Source: Candidatus Poribacteria bacterium (GTDB lineage: Bacteria; Poribacteria; WGA-4E; WGA-3G). From it: a DNA stretch of 64,000 nucleotides. The stretch spans positions 480,001-544,000 of the forward strand of contig OZ242029.1 in the NCBI GenBank assembly GCA_965205015.1. The letters are read 5' to 3'. Numbering within the stretch: the first letter of the stretch is position 1; each line of letters starts with the position of its first letter. Both the position numbers and the translations under genes were made by a program. The notes below the pieces were generated by a model, which searched no databases, was not told the DNA's origin, and worked only from the letters and a program-made list of their open reading frames with translations. Shown here one piece after another: positions 61,630 through 64,000 of the stretch.

Positions 61630-61815
61630 ATAAAACAAAAATAATTTTACTATGAACATCTGACGGATCACGCCGAGATGTTTTCAGGAATCAAGTCTCG
61701 ACTCGCCAAGAACGGCTATTTTTTGATGAATTGCTGTGTTTTTGAACCCGATCGAGAAGATGCCAAAACACAGATTGTCAATAACGTCATAGGAAAAATT
61801 TACACCCGTTTTGAC
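61630..61815 (+). pseudogene. Decayed copy of the 54377..55192 methyltransferase
   Basis: ATG>ATA, codon 5 TAC>TAA, 375-nt internal deletion (equivalent to 54425..54799); homology ends after YTRFD. Confidence 0.85.
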
Positions 61816-61915
61816 CAATGCTCCTTTCCTATCTTTCACCTGCTTTCTCAATACTTACGCGGGAAGTTGAAAAATGAGCGTTATTTGTAAAAAAAACGCA
61901 ATTTTTTTCCAAAGG

Positions 61916-61949
61916 TGCAACTTTTCGACCCCCAATTTTCGTCTTTAAT
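61916..61949 (+). promoter_or_regulatory. Putative ECF-type (autoregulatory) promoter
   Basis: TGCAACTTTT-N14-CGTCTTTAAT. Confidence 0.6.
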
Positions 61950-61981
61950 CACAGAAGAAAGATTTTTTATGGAGGTACCCC

Positions 61982-62698
61982 ATGCAACATAACGACGATA
62001 AGTTGGTTCAACTCACTCTGGAAGGCGATCATCATGCTTTTGCCGCTTTGGTAGAGAAATATCAATCGAAGATTCACGCGCTTGTCTGGAGAAAAATCGG
62101 GGATTTTCACATCGCAGAAGACATTACGCAAGAGGTATTCCTCACGGCGTATCAAAAACTCGCCACCTTGATGCACCCCGACCGATTTGCAAAATGGCTC
62201 TATGTCATCGCCAATAACCTGTGCGTCACGTGGCTCCGAAAACAAGCCGCTCAACCGCAACTGGAGTCGCTAACATCAGCCGATCCCGAAGAACTCGCAG
62301 AATTGTGTTATGCCGAGTACACAGCACAACAGCAGGAGGAAAGGGGAAAAGAATCGAATCGCGCCTTGATTCAAAAACTCCTCGATAAACTCCGAGAGGC
62401 TGATCGGACAGTGATCCATCTTTACTATCTCGCTGAAATGACCTGTGAGGAGATTAGCAAGTTTTTGGGCGTATCTCAGAACACAATTAAGAGCCGTCTG
62501 AGTCGTGCGCGGAAACGATTAAAAAAGCAGGCTAAAGCGATCGAACAAACGTTCTGTAGTTTCCGATTGTCTCTTAATTTTATGGAGACATTATTCGTGA
62601 ATTTGGTATTCCCAAGTTTTGGAATGCGCCTACATCCAGTCAAATCGCGCAGTTTCCAACACTCCCATCCAAATACCCCCTACGATTTCCGCGCTTAG
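61982..62698 (+). CDS. ECF sigma factor, truncated before the TM anchor
   Basis: Intact sigma2/sigma4; homology to paralogs stops at SFRLSLNFME, followed by an unrelated short tail. Confidence 0.8.
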   Translation: MQHNDDKLVQLTLEGDHHAFAALVEKYQSKIHALVWRKIGDFHIAEDITQEVFLTAYQKLATLMHPDRFAKWLYVIANNLCVTWLRKQAAQPQLESLTSADPEELAELCYAEYTAQQQEERGKESNRALIQKLLDKLREADRTVIHLYYLAEMTCEEISKFLGVSQNTIKSRLSRARKRLKKQAKAIEQTFCSFRLSLNFMETLFVNLVFPSFGMRLHPVKSRSFQHSHPNTPYDFRA

Positions 62699-62709
62699 AG
62701 AGGAAAAAG

Positions 62710-63183
62710 ATGATTCAAAAGATCGAGGAACAAGATGGCTACATGTTGCTCTATTTCGGAGAACCGCCAGCAGATGTAGGAAAGATTGAGTTTGTCAATT
62801 GTCTCGCACATCAACAGAACCAGATACTCTTCTGTAAATGGCGTGATAACGACATTTGGACGCTGCCGGGAGGGCGCGCCGAATCCGGGGAAACGGCGGA
62901 GGAAACCGCACATCGAGAACTTCTCGAAGAGACAGGTGCAACGCTGAAAAACCTTGAAGTGCTGTGTTACATTCACTGTTTCATGTTCAATCTCGAATAC
63001 TGGGGAATTGCTTACTTGGGAGAAATAGAGGCGTTAGGTCGTCCACTCGATCTTGAGGAAGTCAGTGAAGCGAGGCTGTTCTCACACTTTCCAGAAAACC
63101 CGACCCATCCAGGACCGTTCGAGAATCAGAGTAAAGCGTTATATCTTGCCGCACTGCGTAAACTATCAGGCACAAAAGATTAG
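62710..63183 (+). CDS. NUDIX hydrolase
   Basis: GGRAESGETAEETAHRELLEETG Nudix box. Confidence 0.92.
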   Translation: MIQKIEEQDGYMLLYFGEPPADVGKIEFVNCLAHQQNQILFCKWRDNDIWTLPGGRAESGETAEETAHRELLEETGATLKNLEVLCYIHCFMFNLEYWGIAYLGEIEALGRPLDLEEVSEARLFSHFPENPTHPGPFENQSKALYLAALRKLSGTKD

Positions 63184-63280
63184 GTCCAAGACCTACCGAA
63201 GGTGAAAGGAGTAGGGACTTACAAATTTCTGATGAATTTTCGTCAGTGTGGGTTAAACCCTTGATGAGGGAGATTTAATT

Positions 63281-63383
63281 TATGGTGAAACCTAAAAATA
63301 AATAGACACTTTCGCCCCGCGGTAGGCGAGGTTTCCTAACCTCGCCTGTGCAGCGTGCCTAATTAATCCTAAAATCTACCATA
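63281..63383. mobile_element. TA-flanked MITE-like element carrying a GTAG REP palindrome
   Basis: TA-TGGT...ACCA-TA ends, imperfect 29-nt inverted termini (19/29 by manual alignment), internal GTAG-GCGAGGTT-TCCT-AACCTCGC. Confidence 0.6.
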
Positions 63384-63437
63384 GTTCGCAAAACTGCTAA
63401 ACACATCATAGACACACTATAAAAAAATGAGGGGATA

Positions 63438-64000
63438 ATGGAAAAAGTTGGACGAGTGCGTTGGGCACGCGCACTCATTTGGATGCCGATGCTGCTTTTG
63501 GTGCCTATATCACTTTTCGCAAATACACAAAAGACAAGGCGCACGCTTCGTGCGGTATGGACGGAGACCCCGCCCGTTATTGATGGAAATTTAACAGAAC
63601 CTGTCTGGCAACACGCCGATATCGCAACCAATTTCTTCCGGGCAAAGGAGGGAGAGACATATCCCGCCGAATTAGACACCGAAATTCGGGTGCTGTACGA
63701 TGAAAATATGCTCTATATCGGTGTGCGCTGTGAGGAGCCGGACATGAAAAGCCTCCGGGAAACCCTAACCCGTCGGGATTCCTTCGTCTGGCAGAACGAC
63801 TGTATCGAGGTGATGCTCGATACCTATCACGACCGGCGCAACTGCTATATTTTTGCAATCAATACACTCGGCACACAGGCGGATGAGAGAGTCGGCAATG
63901 AAAGCGTTTTTGACATGAGTTGGGATGCAAAATGGGAAGCGAAAGTAAAAAAACACTCGGATCATTGGACAGCAGAATTTGCGATTCCGTTCCGTGAGGT
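63438..64000 (+). CDS. CBM9-like / DUF5916 protein, 5' part (runs off the window; not in the ORF track)
   Basis: MEKVGRV... signal peptide, PPVIDGNLTEPVW, DCIEVMLDTYHD, WTAEFAIPF; homologous to the 3785 and 28069 proteins. Confidence 0.85.
   Translation, partial: MEKVGRVRWARALIWMPMLLLVPISLFANTQKTRRTLRAVWTETPPVIDGNLTEPVWQHADIATNFFRAKEGETYPAELDTEIRVLYDENMLYIGVRCEEPDMKSLRETLTRRDSFVWQNDCIEVMLDTYHDRRNCYIFAINTLGTQADERVGNESVFDMSWDAKWEAKVKKHSDHWTAEFAIPFRE

Noticed and set aside
36724-63346. GGCGAGGTTTCCTAACCTCGC repeats as a CRISPR array
   Set aside because: Copies are kilobases apart, with no spacer periodicity and no cas genes

Overview
Gene-dense 64-kb bacterial window with no rRNA, tRNA, CRISPR array, integrase or transposase recognisable. 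The gene repertoire (LamG proteins ending in a 'GKLxxTWxxLK' tail, DUF5916/CBM9 barrels, PhyH, sulfotransferase, trypsin-TPR lipoproteins, long ECF sigma fusions) resembles Candidatus Poribacteria; this is an inference. The main signal is a family of five paralogous ECF sigma factors. Four share a sigma2-sigma4-linker-transmembrane-'RFQxPYxF' chassis fused to three kinds of extracytoplasmic module: two beta-propellers, one LolA-like domain, and one pilin-like+TPR+thioredoxin with SxxS instead of CxxC. The fifth is truncated before the membrane anchor. A shared promoter-like motif, TG(T/C)A(A/C)(G/C)TTTT-N13/14-(C/T)GTC, precedes three of these genes and the ABC-exporter operon that contains a fourth. 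Two ECF/transport modules are bracketed by duplicated small-enzyme genes (adenosine deaminase twice, VOC twice). The window also holds several gene remnants and chimeras missed by the ORF track, a family of GTAG-type palindromic repeats and TA-flanked MITE-like elements. Several starts were moved from the ORF track to the RBS-supported codon.
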